Part shown: piece after piece, positions 30,001-41,900 of the stretch
How positions within the stretch are numbered: position 1 is the first letter of the stretch
How the letters are laid out: each line of letters starts with the position of its first letter
Notes under the pieces: model-generated
What the model was told of the DNA's origin: nothing
Databases searched by the model: none
What the model saw: the letters and a program-made list of their open reading frames with translations, nothing else
Source: an uncultured Candidatus Poseidoniales archaeon
Lineage (GTDB): Archaea > Thermoplasmatota > Poseidoniia > Poseidoniales > Poseidoniaceae
Assembly: GCA_905182635.1 (NCBI GenBank)
Contig: CAJJCM010000026.1
Location: 3,568-67,567, forward strand
Direction of reading: 5' to 3'
DNA: 64,000 nucleotides
Position numbers and translations under genes: made by a program

Positions 30001-31475
30001 TTGACGATACCACCTTTGATTCGCATTCCATCGCCACCATTGTTGGTCACCGTATTATCATAGAGTGTAGCGGATGACATGAATACATGTATTGCTGGAC
30101 AGGCAAACTCTCCACCATACAATTGGGAATTACAAACACCTGTGTTGTTTGAGATTTGGTTGTTGGCGAAATATAATCGAGCCGCTGTTGGAGTTGGGAT
30201 GCCTTGCCAACTGGAGTCTCCAAAGTGGTATTCTCCAATCAAGACTGCTTCAGCACCAGTGTCTTGGATTGTATTATTTTCTGCACTCACATCCGAAGTA
30301 CCATAAATCCACAATCCATTGTAGCCGGTAATTGGGCCAATCACGTTATTATTTGCAACGACAAAGGAATCACGAATACCGAATCCAGAACCTTTATCAG
30401 CACCAGAAATTGTGTTTCCAGTTGCTTCAACAATTGCACCATCGTAGGCGGTAATTCCTGCACCCTCTACGGTTGTAATGATGTTGTCGCTAAGATAGAG
30501 AGTATGGTTGATTGTCCCAGTGACTTTGTGAGAATTGGTGTCAATCCCGTTGCATTTGACAATGAGGGTCGAGTCGGTTAATGAACCGGAACTTTGTTTC
30601 AAATACACACCTTGTGCATTCTCGTTGATGTCAAGCCGTGAAAAATCAATGTACGAACTTTCTATGTGAATCATACTTCGTCCGTCGTCGCATGATGGTT
30701 CTGTAGTTCCAGTAAAGACTGAATCACGAACCTTCATTGTGGCTAGAATTCCTGCACCTGCACCATAAGCACGGATTGCTGCTGCATCATATCCACTTCC
30801 ATCAATTCCGAGTGTAAATGTGGAATCAGTAATCGTCGGGGATGCTAAATCAAGAGCAAGGATGTTTGAAGTATTGATGTCTTTGAAAGAGAGCCCAGTA
30901 GCGGTTGTTGACGAGCCATCAAACACCAAGACTCCGTATTGCTTACCACTCACTTGGCTGGCGTCAAAAGGAAAACCGTATGCATTTTCAAAGTGAGCAA
31001 ACTTGATCGAAGTGATTGCCTGGTCAATTGTCGACCGAATAATCATCCCCGAACCACAGCCTGTGTCATCGTTCCAATTTGGATTATTACTATTGTTTGA
31101 ATAACATCGTCCAGTGATGGTATAATCAGTAGGTGTCGACCAAACGAATCGTGCTTGGTTACCAGCAGAACCGGAACTTGCGCCACATGAATTATCTGCG
31201 ATACAAATCGCACCTTCGACATCGATATAGGCTCCATATGGAAGGTTGATTGTCGTTCCAGCATTGACAATGAGTTGTGCACCTTCGGCAACGGTAACAT
31301 CACCGTCAAGGTTCATAGTGCCAGTCCAAGTTTCAGTACCGGAGATTATACCCGACTTCGTTTCGTTCACCGCAGATGCGGCTGGTATGGTAATCAATCC
31401 AGTTAAGATGGAAAGCAACAGGAGTGCAACCAACGATATGCTTTTGCGTGATGTTGTGTTCTTCAAAATAGACAC
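27096..31475 (-). CDS. Membrane-anchored surface protein with right-handed beta-helix (pectin lyase-like) and Ig-like domains
   Basis: Signal peptide, Asn-ladder repeats (NNVI, NNTI, NNQI, DNTV), repeated GTAxD/GWAxD Ig-like units, C-terminal TM, Trp-rich tail. GTG 31475 preferred over 31529. Confidence 0.82.
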   Translation of the reverse strand: MSILKNTTSRKSISLVALLLLSILTGLITIPAASAVNETKSGIISGTETWTGTMNLDGDVTVAEGAQLIVNAGTTINLPYGAYIDVEGAICIADNSCGASSGSAGNQARFVWSTPTDYTITGRCYSNNSNNPNWNDDTGCGSGMIIRSTIDQAITSIKFAHFENAYGFPFDASQVSGKQYGVLVFDGSSTTATGLSFKDINTSNILALDLASPTITDSTFTLGIDGSGYDAAAIRAYGAGAGILATMKVRDSVFTGTTEPSCDDGRSMIHIESSYIDFSRLDINENAQGVYLKQSSGSLTDSTLIVKCNGIDTNSHKVTGTINHTLYLSDNIITTVEGAGITAYDGAIVEATGNTISGADKGSGFGIRDSFVVANNNVIGPITGYNGLWIYGTSDVSAENNTIQDTGAEAVLIGEYHFGDSSWQGIPTPTAARLYFANNQISNNTGVCNSQLYGGEFACPAIHVFMSSATLYDNTVTNNGGDGMRIKGGIVNAQRNTIEVTGFAVNISHYDDNAGSKYGSIAYFSGNTYTNASQVYNITESRVIVQSEFIPDAGGNELYPVQLSWLSPECPLILAECLLVPSTSLMPPAFMPMALEVIENSTVFSYANLQNFDSSKIHVQNQNSAWGSQVREGELVRYQVKAKNSNVVDATVIIRDATGLPLYTLTTDAFGFTPEVSLPSDFLLDRDWNHLVGELNVRVQDDNTIPAVWLDENSCADGYDNDGDTKVDSEDADCTNGRELPFYFVEAYMFGKGQKEFDFVLSGSIDDVINLDNLKPSVTVTQNDGFSFATTVTLTGTSWDGISGPYGNSDFVAYQNQFGIIKRVEVKPPGSSDWYSAIDVSGAAGMITKSNHPFKTWNFDWEMSAHPEGEGDVTFRVRSYDGLDYSPVEVRKYKLNLVAPSILVNTPNDGTFHDNAKVTFTGTASDPYSGTWGSDINSIWFDINGPNDYTANFDIPGSTAWAYDWMFQELQTGDYTFRIWASDSDFCNLKSSWMDCAYESRTISVNTENAIPFVTVNSPVLNDILRANETQLIEGWAFDNDGLVTRVEITIYDLASGAKINNGPDPVTTFAPNGGWQTTWDTSNLIHDQQYELFIKSWDGKSYSVESSIRITIDNPSDADNLIPEFNYSNWVSTITLFCDSNTQKQDRCNSGISIDLTDHFSDPDGPVSSSTNGLTFDVYDDPGNFEDDDYVNYLTFDANGVVKYNPAFVTGLPDDISEWSLIGLMFEARDSYDSVAFSAKVNIIVVEVSFTVTRDGDGPLGPGSPAYFSGQGLPNSVIEARYDSLSGLRLNSTRVNADATWSMEISSNQLAGNEGSRNIIFEMDDQVFRLPGENSEAMFQLSVGDGEASSSNFGWILAIIVGVIILLGAGMFFFQVEYDDLDEEAELMAAEEQVTADPYAWAKARKELVSIPPAQVPTTPAVVQQQVSATPHVAQHPGWIWDADSNNWVPDPNYIPEQ

Positions 31476-31687
31476 CTCTTCATTCCCCCCACTTTCCTCT
31501 CGAATATAAGACTGCGCCTCTATTGCCACTTTTATAATATCAATTCCAATCTATAATATCACACATTACCGCCTTATTGTATCAAATAGTTGTCAAAATA
31601 TCAATAGATTTGCTTGGGAAGTAGAGTGAAACAGTCTTAGATAATGCTTTCAGGGGTTTTGACTTCAATTTGAAGCACGTGTTAATT

Positions 31688-32911
31688 TCAACAAGAAGGA
31701 ATCTGAATCGCCAAGTCCTGATACCAATCCAAGGCTTGAAGTTGACCGTATCCCCAATGGTCGTCGTGGGCAACAGAATCATCATACTTGAGCGAGGAGT
31801 TCATCAATGAATATTTTACTTGATCAATGCATTCACCATTCGAGGATGATGTCGGTCTGTACTCTGGAAATGCTTCGAGAAGCAAAGATAATGCGCCAGT
31901 GACGAAGACTGTTGAATCTGAAGTGCCACTGCTCGAATACCAATTGTTACCCATGCCAGTACTGATAATATTCTCACCAGGCGCGATGATTTCAGGCTTC
32001 ATGTGTGGATTCTGTCGAAGAGTTCCATCGGAAAGAATTTGTGAGCCTGCAGAAGAATTCACCCATACTGTTTGTTCTTGAGTTGATGCCCCAACCGTAA
32101 TCACGCGTGGAACATTGCCTGGGACTGAAACTAAACCGTCGTCCGCATCACCACCATCGTTACCCGCAGCAGCGACAACAAATATGCCTGAATCAACCGC
32201 TCGGCGAACAGCAGATACGCTTGAGCCTTCGGTATGCATCTCGATGTTCTGCTCACCACCAAGTGAAAGTGAAATAATATCAGCCTTGAATTCATCTTGA
32301 CACCATGAGATTGCATTTGCCACTGTTTGTTCTGAACCACTGTTCATGTCATCCTCATCAGCAGCTAAAGCAGCAACCATTGCTAGAGTGATATTTGGGG
32401 CGATACCTAATTGATGGCTTCCCGATACAAGAATTCCCGCCATCAGGGTGCCGTGGGCGATAAATCCGTAATCAATCGGTGCATTCGAACTACCAATCAT
32501 ATCTTTGAACGTCACCTCGACTTCAGAAAAGGCAGGATTACTCAAATCCAAACCAGTATCGACCATACATACCTTGACCCCAGCACCCGTAAGACCAAGT
32601 TCGGAAAAATCATTGAATTGAGATTGTTCATTCGCCCATTCAGATTTTGGTGGTGACAGTTCAATAAACAGTAAACCGGAATTCCACACGACGAGTAGGA
32701 TAATGACAAGGACTGCAAAGATTACTCCATTGGTAGCCAGAATCCTCTTTCGTCGTAATTGAGGCATAGGTATGGCATCTAAGGGTGCCCATCCCGTCAC
32801 TTCAGCACGCCAACCATCTTGGAACCCAACTGCGGAAGGGTCAATGGCGGAAAGAATGCGTGAATCTTCGGGTTCAGGGAGATATTCAAAGCTCTCTAAT
32901 CCCTTCATCAT
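31688..32911 (-). CDS. Subtilisin-like serine protease (S8), N-terminally membrane-anchored
   Basis: VDTG, HGT, AAGND and SGTS catalytic motifs; one TM helix at about residues 60-83. Confidence 0.9.
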   Translation of the reverse strand: MMKGLESFEYLPEPEDSRILSAIDPSAVGFQDGWRAEVTGWAPLDAIPMPQLRRKRILATNGVIFAVLVIILLVVWNSGLLFIELSPPKSEWANEQSQFNDFSELGLTGAGVKVCMVDTGLDLSNPAFSEVEVTFKDMIGSSNAPIDYGFIAHGTLMAGILVSGSHQLGIAPNITLAMVAALAADEDDMNSGSEQTVANAISWCQDEFKADIISLSLGGEQNIEMHTEGSSVSAVRRAVDSGIFVVAAAGNDGGDADDGLVSVPGNVPRVITVGASTQEQTVWVNSSAGSQILSDGTLRQNPHMKPEIIAPGENIISTGMGNNWYSSSGTSDSTVFVTGALSLLLEAFPEYRPTSSSNGECIDQVKYSLMNSSLKYDDSVAHDDHWGYGQLQALDWYQDLAIQIPSC

Positions 32912-32935
32912 TCCACCTCCATGGCACTACACCAA

Positions 32936-32957
32936 CAAAGTTACTTGAGTAACTTTG
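32936..32957. promoter_or_regulatory. Perfect 10-bp inverted repeat, putative operator upstream of the S8 protease
   Basis: CAAAGTTACT-TG-AGTAACTTTG, 25-46 bp upstream of the protease start. Confidence 0.5.
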
Positions 32958-32978
32958 GATATAATGTGTTGTCTGGTA

Positions 32979-35900
32979 TCAGAATCGAGATGGCGAAGAC
33001 TTAGCACGAGCAGCACGAACTCCACCGAAAATCACAAGAACACCAAGTATGAAAATCGCCACAGTAAGCCATATCGAATCTTCTGAATCTCCAGAGATGT
33101 AATAGTCGATCGAGAAGTCAATCGTTTGTTCTCCATCTTCAATTCCGATTTGTTGAGTTACTTGTGAACTGTCTTCGCCAACAACCTCGACTCGGATTTC
33201 GAATCGAACTGTACCCTTGGCATCATCAGCAAGCAAATCAAATTCAGCAATTGTCGTTCCATTTGGATTGAGGGTAATCGTCTGTTGACCGAGCGACTTA
33301 CCATCGACGATATTTGCAGATACAATTACATCAGAACTCCCTAAGAAACCAAGGTTTGTGACTGGAATCCGGAGTTTTCCTGCAGTGTCAGCATCGTTAT
33401 CGGAAAGTGTCACAATATCTCCTTGATCGATAAAGAGCACGATACTTGCCTTCGAAATAATAACATCAAAGGATTCGGTCTTGATACCGTTTTCACTGGT
33501 CACTTTAACCGTCACAGTCTTACTACCTGAAACAAAGTCATCAGGTGCATATGCAGTAAATAATTGAGAACGACTGTCGTCCTTTGTAATGTTTATGACT
33601 GAATTCATAGGAGTAACTTCCCAACCGTCCGGAATATTATCAAGGAGTTCAATTGTAAACGAATCATCACCATTTCCAGTATTTTCGAGCATGAATCCAA
33701 ATGTGCTACTACCGCCGGCACCAATTCCAATTTCAGTGGGTTTATCATTGGCTTCAAAGTCATAGATTTGCGGAACTTGAACAGTCAGCGCAATTTCACT
33801 GGAAGGTGTCGAATCGGTAATCAAACGCACCTTAAGCGTATGAGGGTCTTGCAAATGCCAGGCTTCGGATTGGTTGGCTGTAAGGATACGAACTCGGAGC
33901 ATTGTTGAAGATTCAACAGTGGTATCATTCGAGTTGTTTCCAATTCCGAGTGAAATCTCATGTGAATCGACAAATGCAGTGCCATTCCAGAATTCAATAC
34001 CCCAGTCCGCCTCGTCTGGTGAAATACCTACTTGTCCAAGAACATCAAACACTTGCACTGTTTCAGTTCCATTGTAGGTAATATTCAAATCAAATACAAT
34101 CACTTTGTAACCTTCATTTTCTTCGATTGCTAAGAATGCAAGTTCAGAACCCTCAACTGTGGTTGCGTTCACCATGCTATCTTCAACCATTGTAATCGTG
34201 GTGTCGGAATTGATAGTACGTGTGTATGAAAGGACAACCGGAGAACGACCTTCTGCAACTTGAGTCACAGCACCGGCGATGTATTTCATCTCGAGATTCA
34301 AATCATGTTGAAGGGTGGTGAAAGAAGAATCCATCTCAATTTCTTCAGCAGGCATGAGAATACTGATGCTGCCATCGGTCCCTACCGCCATATCCCATTC
34401 GATATCAGAACCGATAGCGAAAGTGACCAATGCTGTTTCATTGAGCATTGCAGAGCCATTACCTGAAGAACCAGCATGGTGTTCATCCAGTCCGATGTCT
34501 GTCCACGTTGTTGTCAAATCAATCCATCCGCCAAGAGACATCTCAAGGTCGAGGGTTGCTCCGTCGGAAATACTTGCATCGAGTAAGCCGACTGCAACAC
34601 CGCCACCATTTGTTCCAGCGTTCGCTTCTGTAACGACAACAATCCACTTACCGGGTGCAATAACTGCAGACCAAGTGAGTTGGTCATTCGCAAATTCAGG
34701 AGTGATTGTTTGTGATTCTCCTGCCATTCCTGTTGATGGGTAAAGAACAACAGATGAACCGTTCAATCGGCTCGCATCAATAATATCAGTTACATTACCA
34801 GAAACGCTAACATTTCCTGCTGTCATTTCAATATCGTAAGATTCGGGTTGTGAGTAAACAGGATAAGCGCTCAAATTCGAGACATTGTAGACTTCAGTAC
34901 TGAAACCTTCCTTGCTTACTGAAACTTGATATTCATCTTGAATTGGAACAAAGAGAGTCCAAACTCCGAATTCATCGGTTGTTACGTTGGTATCAATTTC
35001 GGTATTATTCATGCCAATAATGGACACCGTAGTGTTTGCAACACCCTCAGTTCCGTCAGGGATATTATCGTCATCAAGGTCCCAGAAGACCTTTCCACCG
35101 ATTTCAACTTCAAGTACAGCTGTGATGTTTTCAAGGACGATGATACCATCAACTGCCGATGCAGTCGAGAATGGTGACGAAGAGGTGTCAAGACTCCAGT
35201 GATGTTGAGGAGATGTTTCGTTGAGGAACAAACTCCAGTTCCCTGGCATCAATTGCTCACTGATGTTTCCATTTCCATCAGATTTGGAAAGCGTAATATT
35301 ACCAAATCCATCATGACTGACAAGGGTCACACGTATTCCAGACATGTTCGAGTCTGTGTTGAATTCTTGAAGTTGGAACTTCAATTCAATCACATCAAAG
35401 GAAGTTAAATTCAAGCCTGTTCGAACAGAAGAATTATTGCCGACAGTGAACGGGTAACGGAGTGTTTCAGTGCTTTCGTTATCGGCTAAGAATGGTGCAA
35501 AAATTGCGACCCAATCTCCTGCAGGAACATAGGAGGCGAAACTGCCGTTGACATCTGATGCCATATTAAACCACAAATCTTCGGCCTCATTTCTGAGCAA
35601 GAATTGCTTTTCAACAGCGCCGCCACTTAAGTTTGTGAATTCACCAGTGACCAAGTAGTCGTTACGTAGGGGGAACGCCAATGCTTCTTCATACACATCA
35701 AGTCCAACCATGATTGGGTCAAACGTACTTACTCCAGCGAGCATATAGTCCGATGCATTCTCATCTGCTGCCTCTGTTACGTTGAACAGGAGGCTGTAAA
35801 GTCCAGGCTCAAGAACGACGGTGATGTTACCAGCAGAGGAATAGTCAGCCGCAGTGTAATTGTGCTGTAGACCATGGTCATTGAGAGGCATGAGGGTGAA

Positions 35901-38900
35901 GGAAGGACTCATTGCAGTTCCATTTGCAAAGACCCCATCATCGCCAGCATCCATGAAGAGATTCAACTCAATGGTGAGATAATCTGGGTGAACAAACAAT
36001 TCAAGTGGATTCGGCTGTGCGTCCTCCTCATCGATAATGTTGTAATTCGTGATATTCGTAGAGTTCAATGCGTCATCATCAACAGCGAAGTCCCATTCAC
36101 CTGCTTGCAAGTTAAATGAGAACTCTCCAGCGTCAGAAATAGTAGTTCTCCATTCAAGACCATCGGCATTGGTAGCAACAACAGTTTGTACATTGTAACC
36201 CGGAACGAGTCCATCCCAAAGTGAAGAATTGTCGTAAAGGAACACAAATCCATTTGCATTCACCGTCGGCTCAAGATACATAAGACCAAGATCAAGTTCT
36301 GTATCACCGCTAAGTTCAACCAATTGACCTCCAGACATTTGTGAAGCAATGCTAAACAGCGTCATGTGGAAATCATTACCACTCGGTAGACGAATGCTGT
36401 AGTTTCCATCTGTTGCAACTGTGGTTGCGAAGGATAAGTCATTCGCAACAAAGTCAATCTCAAGGCCAGCAGCAGGCTGGCTTTGGTCGAACTTCAGATC
36501 GGCATCTTGTGCGTTCCAAAGAGAATAGGTAAAGTCGGAGTTCAAGAGTCCCCCATCGACGACACGGATACTACCATTGACCCATGTTCCGATTGCATAA
36601 GCACTCGTGGTTGAGATATCTTCTGTTTCAAGTTCGATGTGGTCAAACAAAATGTAATCATCTCCAGTTTCGTCAGAAATCGTATATGACCCCATTGGCA
36701 ACTCAATGTAAACAAGTCCATTCTCGTCTGAAGTTGAGTTGAGCGGTCCAAACAACGGGTCGCTGTTAGTGAAGATTACAACACGTCCAGCAATGTCAGT
36801 GTATGCTTCTTGCGTGAGTGGGTCCACTGGAGAAGTGAGTTGTAAAGAGATATCATGCATCTCAGGAACGCTCATCAGCAACGAAAAGTTTTCACTGGCA
36901 TCTCGAACTAAGATCGTTTCATTCAACTCATACCAGCCATCGCTGTCAACGTCCACTCGGTAATAGTACTCACCTGCTGCAAGAGGCCCGTAGGAAAAGT
37001 TACCATTTTCATCAGTGAGGATTTCCATCACTTTATCAAGACCCAAATCGACATCAACCAACTCAATCGTTTCGTTCGGGAAAGGTTGGTTAAAGAAATC
37101 ATCGAGTGTGTCTTCAAAGATTGAACCCGGCATAGTCATTGCCAAATTATACGAAGGTGAGATTTCAACATTCACTGGGTCCGGTAAAAGAACTTCCTTA
37201 CCGTTATCCAACTGAGCAATCATATTGTAAACACCTGGAATTAATCCTGTGATGTAGAATGAACCTGCCTGAACCATTGGTCCAGAGAAATCACCAGGAC
37301 CGACAAACAGTCCTGTACCATTGAGTGTTCCTGTTCCTTCGAAGGAACCTGTAGCTTCAAACGAGTCACCGACGTGTTCAGTGACCAATGTAGATACTCC
37401 GTCAGAAGTAAGACGGGCGTTCGCTTCTACTTCTCCATCGAGAAGGTAGACCATTGGGGAGGCCGAAGAATCTTGAATACAGAGTGTTTCATTCTCAGGC
37501 ATTGGGGCCGTTTCATTATCGAGACAAGAGTCGACACTTTGGTTCGAAACCCATGAGGCAACAAGTGTTCCCTTACCGCTCCAAGTTCCGTTACTCGTGT
37601 AGACTCGGTTATCCGAAATCAAACGTGTAAACGTTCCAGTAAAGTCATCTGCAAAAGCAACACCTTCACTTTCAAAGGTTCCATTTTCAGTGAAGGTAAC
37701 TTCACCAGTTCCTTGAAGGATACGGCTGTCGACTGACGAGAACGAACCATTGGTTGTTGTCAAGGTATAGTTATCAGTCATCGACCAAATATTACGCAAA
37801 ATGAAATCAGTACTGACCAGAGCATCACCATCAAAGGAATCGTGACCAGTCCATGTTACTTGACCCGAAACACCACTGCTTTCAACAGCAATATCGAATG
37901 GGGTTACGGCAGAAGCATCGTCTTTACGGTCTGCTTGGTCTGCGGTAACGTTCAGTTGAGATTCACCAAGCCAACTCATGTTTGCAACTTCACCAAGAAT
38001 AGCGGTGATGTCGTTGGTTTGACGGTCATCATTTGTCTCCGTTAGAATGTCTGTGAAACCGAGTTGTGAGAAACCACTTGAACGAATGTTATCTTGGGCA
38101 GTAATTGGGTTGTAGTCACCCGCATATGCACTGACGCGGATTCGACCGGCAGGAGCTTCAAATGACCAATCGCCATTTTCGTCAGCATCGGTGAAACCGA
38201 TTGGAACCCAATAGGTATCAGGATCAAGATCTTCGACACCTTCACCAGAGAAGGCGTCACGTTCAATCAGCAATCGAACACCAGGTAGGCCTTGGCCGTT
38301 GTCACTCATGGTAACTTGACCGGAAATCTCTGCACCGGAGTAATACTTGAGAATCTTGACAAGCGTATTTACTGTTGCCATACCTGTAGATTGCTGTCCA
38401 ATCGTCACTGAGCTGTTGGCTTCAGGTGAATACCAATTTGAGATGACAAAGTGATTTTGCATAGCACCAGGCAGTGGAGGGGCTTGGGTTAGAATACTGC
38501 CAGGGCTACCGGATTGACCAAAGTGTTGCGCTGGTTGAGGATTCGACGAACCTGAATCGAGACCAAGTGTTGAGGCGCCATATCCAATATAGGTTCGTGC
38601 AAGCATTGTATCAAAGAAGGCTGAGTTGTGATCGACTCGGACATCTTCAACTTGTAATGGGTCAATATCTGCACCCGATTGTTGGTTGAGGAAATCTTCG
38701 GTAATCGCTTGGTCAACTTCGGCACGGGTCATTTCATCAGGGAAATCGCCTCGCATAGTTTCGTACACTTCATTCATGTAAGTAGAAATATCCTGTCCAC
38801 TCAAAATAGTAGGTGCTCCGAAAATACCCATCGGTTGTCCTTGATTGTAATTCATGTCTTGAGTATAACGGCCAGCACGAGGGTACAATCTGTTGTCAAT

Positions 38901-41900
38901 TGCCAAGTATCGAATTTCATGGTCACGCTCAATGAGATCACCTGGGGCGCCGTTGTAATCTTGAACGGAATAATATCCTTCAAGGTTAATCAAGTCGTCA
39001 TACATGTCAATAATTTGCCCGTCATCAAGACTGAGTGTTAATAATTGAACGGTCAAAGAGAGACGGGTATTCGCACGATGGATGTTGGTCGCGACTGAAT
39101 CATATTCTACAATAAGGTCTGCAGTGTACCAGTATTCTCCAACTATGTAATGGGTAGTCTCATAGACATTGTCAGCACCTGTGCGGATGTTGTTTGTGAA
39201 AGTACGGTTCGCTTCGGACTGTTCAGACCAGTCTCCATCGACACATGTTGCCGACTGGGCCTCGGTACAGAGCATACGTTCTCCACCTTCGTAAATCCGC
39301 CAGTATTGAGTCGATGCGTCAAACACGCCATCGGTTTGATGGTGGCCGACTGCCAGCACGACATCGTCATTCGTTTGGAACGCTTCGAAACTGTTCAATT
39401 TAGCCAAAGTAATCATTTCGTCATGGTTATAATTGGTAGAAATGGTAGAAAAGAGGTCCATTTGGTCATCGGTGAGGTACGAATCAACGATGTTGCTGTA
39501 ACCTGAAGTGAAAGCGGTGTTATCAGTTCGAGCCTGATTGTATCCGATGTCGCCTTGGCCAAGTTGCCAGATGAACATCGAAACGAGGTCTTCTTGGCTG
39601 CGCGCCAGCAACATGTTACCGGTCGCAGGAATACCAGATTGGAAGTTATCGGAAACGGATGGGTGTTCACCCGTATCAAGTGCTTGGAATCCGTAGTCCC
39701 ACCAAGAAACGAAAGCTGGGCGCTGTGAATATGTCTCATCGGCATCTTGGGCAGCAAGCCATTGATATGCCTTGTTCCAACCTTGGTCATTGAATCCAGA
39801 ACCGAACGAGCCGAGATACCAGTTTCCATCATAACCGCTGTCGTCAAGAAGCGAAAATCCACCGACTTCCCAGCGGAATGCATCAGGGATAATGTTGTAA
39901 ATCACTTCATCAAGATCATCTTCAGCATTGTTGCTGCCAGGGATAGCAGCGTCAAGACCGTAGGTAAATTGCTGTCCCATGAGCATGACCATCACAAGCA
40001 TGATTGCAGAGAATGATGGTGTGCGCCATACTGCAATTCGAGCACCACGAATACGATCTTCAGGAGAACGGATTCCCAGTTTCTTCCAAGTCTTCACAAG
40101 GCCGTCCCAGTTTGCCCACTTCCATAGAGATACGATACCCCATGCGCCGAGAACGGCGATTGCAGGTGTGGCATTGAACATGAAACGAGCCGCTGTCCAA
40201 GCCATGAAAGAGGCTGCAAGAATCCAAACGCCGAACACGAGTTTTGTTTGTTTACGTTCACGAACAGCAGACCAAAGACAGAGGACGCCCATAATCAATG
40301 AGAGCACAAAGGTAATCGGTCCGAACTGAGCAAAGAGTTGGCCACGGTCTGGAGCGTTTGCTTCAGCAACTGTTCCGAAAATCTTAGTTTTGGTGAAATA
40401 GCCACTACCGGTAAACAAAACGTCCCATGCATTCGAGATGTTCGCTTGCTTGAGGAGCCACAATGCCAAGAAGAAAACAGCACCAGCACTGGCAAGAACG
40501 CCCAAGATAAGCAACCAAGGCTTGTCTCGGAATCCGGTTGTTACAAAGCTAATTGCCAAAGTAAACGCGAAGATGAACAAGAACGGTTGCAGACCTGTGC
40601 CATTGAGGATAAGGTTAATTTGAGGATGTCCGTAGAACGGAATTGCCATCAAGAAATTGACTGAAAGCATGGTCATGAATAAGACATTGAGTGTGGTTGA
40701 GTCACGGCGGCGGAACATGTTGAGAGCAACTTGTCCTGCATATGCAAGGAAGAGAATCGATGGTCCAACAACGAAACCTTTCCAACCAAGAGAAACAATA
40801 CCGAAACTGACACCTGCCAAAACTGCGGCGGCGAAAGCGGCTTTCCGTTGATTGATAACCGCTGAAATTGAAGCAACGAAAGCCATCGGTGTCGCTGAAG
40901 AAGTACGAATCAATCGCTCTGTTCCAGCATACTTAACCGCTCGCAACCAAAACATAAACCCGAGCGTGATGAACAGCATGATGAAAGCATCGTGGTCTGC
41001 AAGAGCCCATGTTGTGTGGCTCACGTGTGCAGGCATAAAGGCGAGAAGCCATGCTGCGATTACTGCTGCTTTTACACCGACGTGTTCGCGTGCAATAATA
41101 GCAACTGGCAAAATGGTAAGAGCGCCGTAGATAGCAGGGAGGGAAAGGATTGCCCACCAAACTGCATCGCCATTCGCAAAGAACGGTTCAAGCAACATTG
41201 CAACGACTGCAATCGACCATGTGAAAATCGGAGGTCGAGGGTTGATTCCACCGACGGGGTAGAAACGGTCAGCATCAACAATCATGTGAGCATTATTGGC
41301 AAGAATATAGTCAACAACTCGCTTCATGTACCATGGGTCAGAACCACCGGTCATGTCCCAGTTCCCAGTTCCGTATGCATTCATTGATGGCACAACATAC
41401 CATTGTGTGCGAATGACCAGACCAAAGAAGAAAGCAAGTCCAATCATGACGCCTGCCCAATGCTGATTCCAGAATAAACGAGCACCTGAATATTCATGCT
41501 CTTCACGGTTCACCCATCCGCCCCATGAATCATGGGTGGAAATTGAATAAATGGCCACGCCGATAAAGAAGGTGATTCCGAGCCAGATCAAACTGCCCCA
41601 GTTTCCGTTCAACATGTCCACAGAGAACATGCCTGAATCATACCATGATGAAACCAAATACAAAGTCCACATTGATCCGAGAGTCATTGCACGGGTATGC
41701 CAGCGCTCGGAGAACATCCCTGCGACAATCAGTGCAACCATACCGGTGAAGAAGGCTGGCCAGTAGCCAAAGTAGCCATGGTAGCCCTCAACGGTATTGA
41801 TTCCGAGTTGGTCGGCAACCGAGACACTGTCGAAATGCCAGAGACTTGCAATGTGAGCAAAAGACCAGACGGCAAGAGCAATTTGCAAGGGTAAGTTTTT

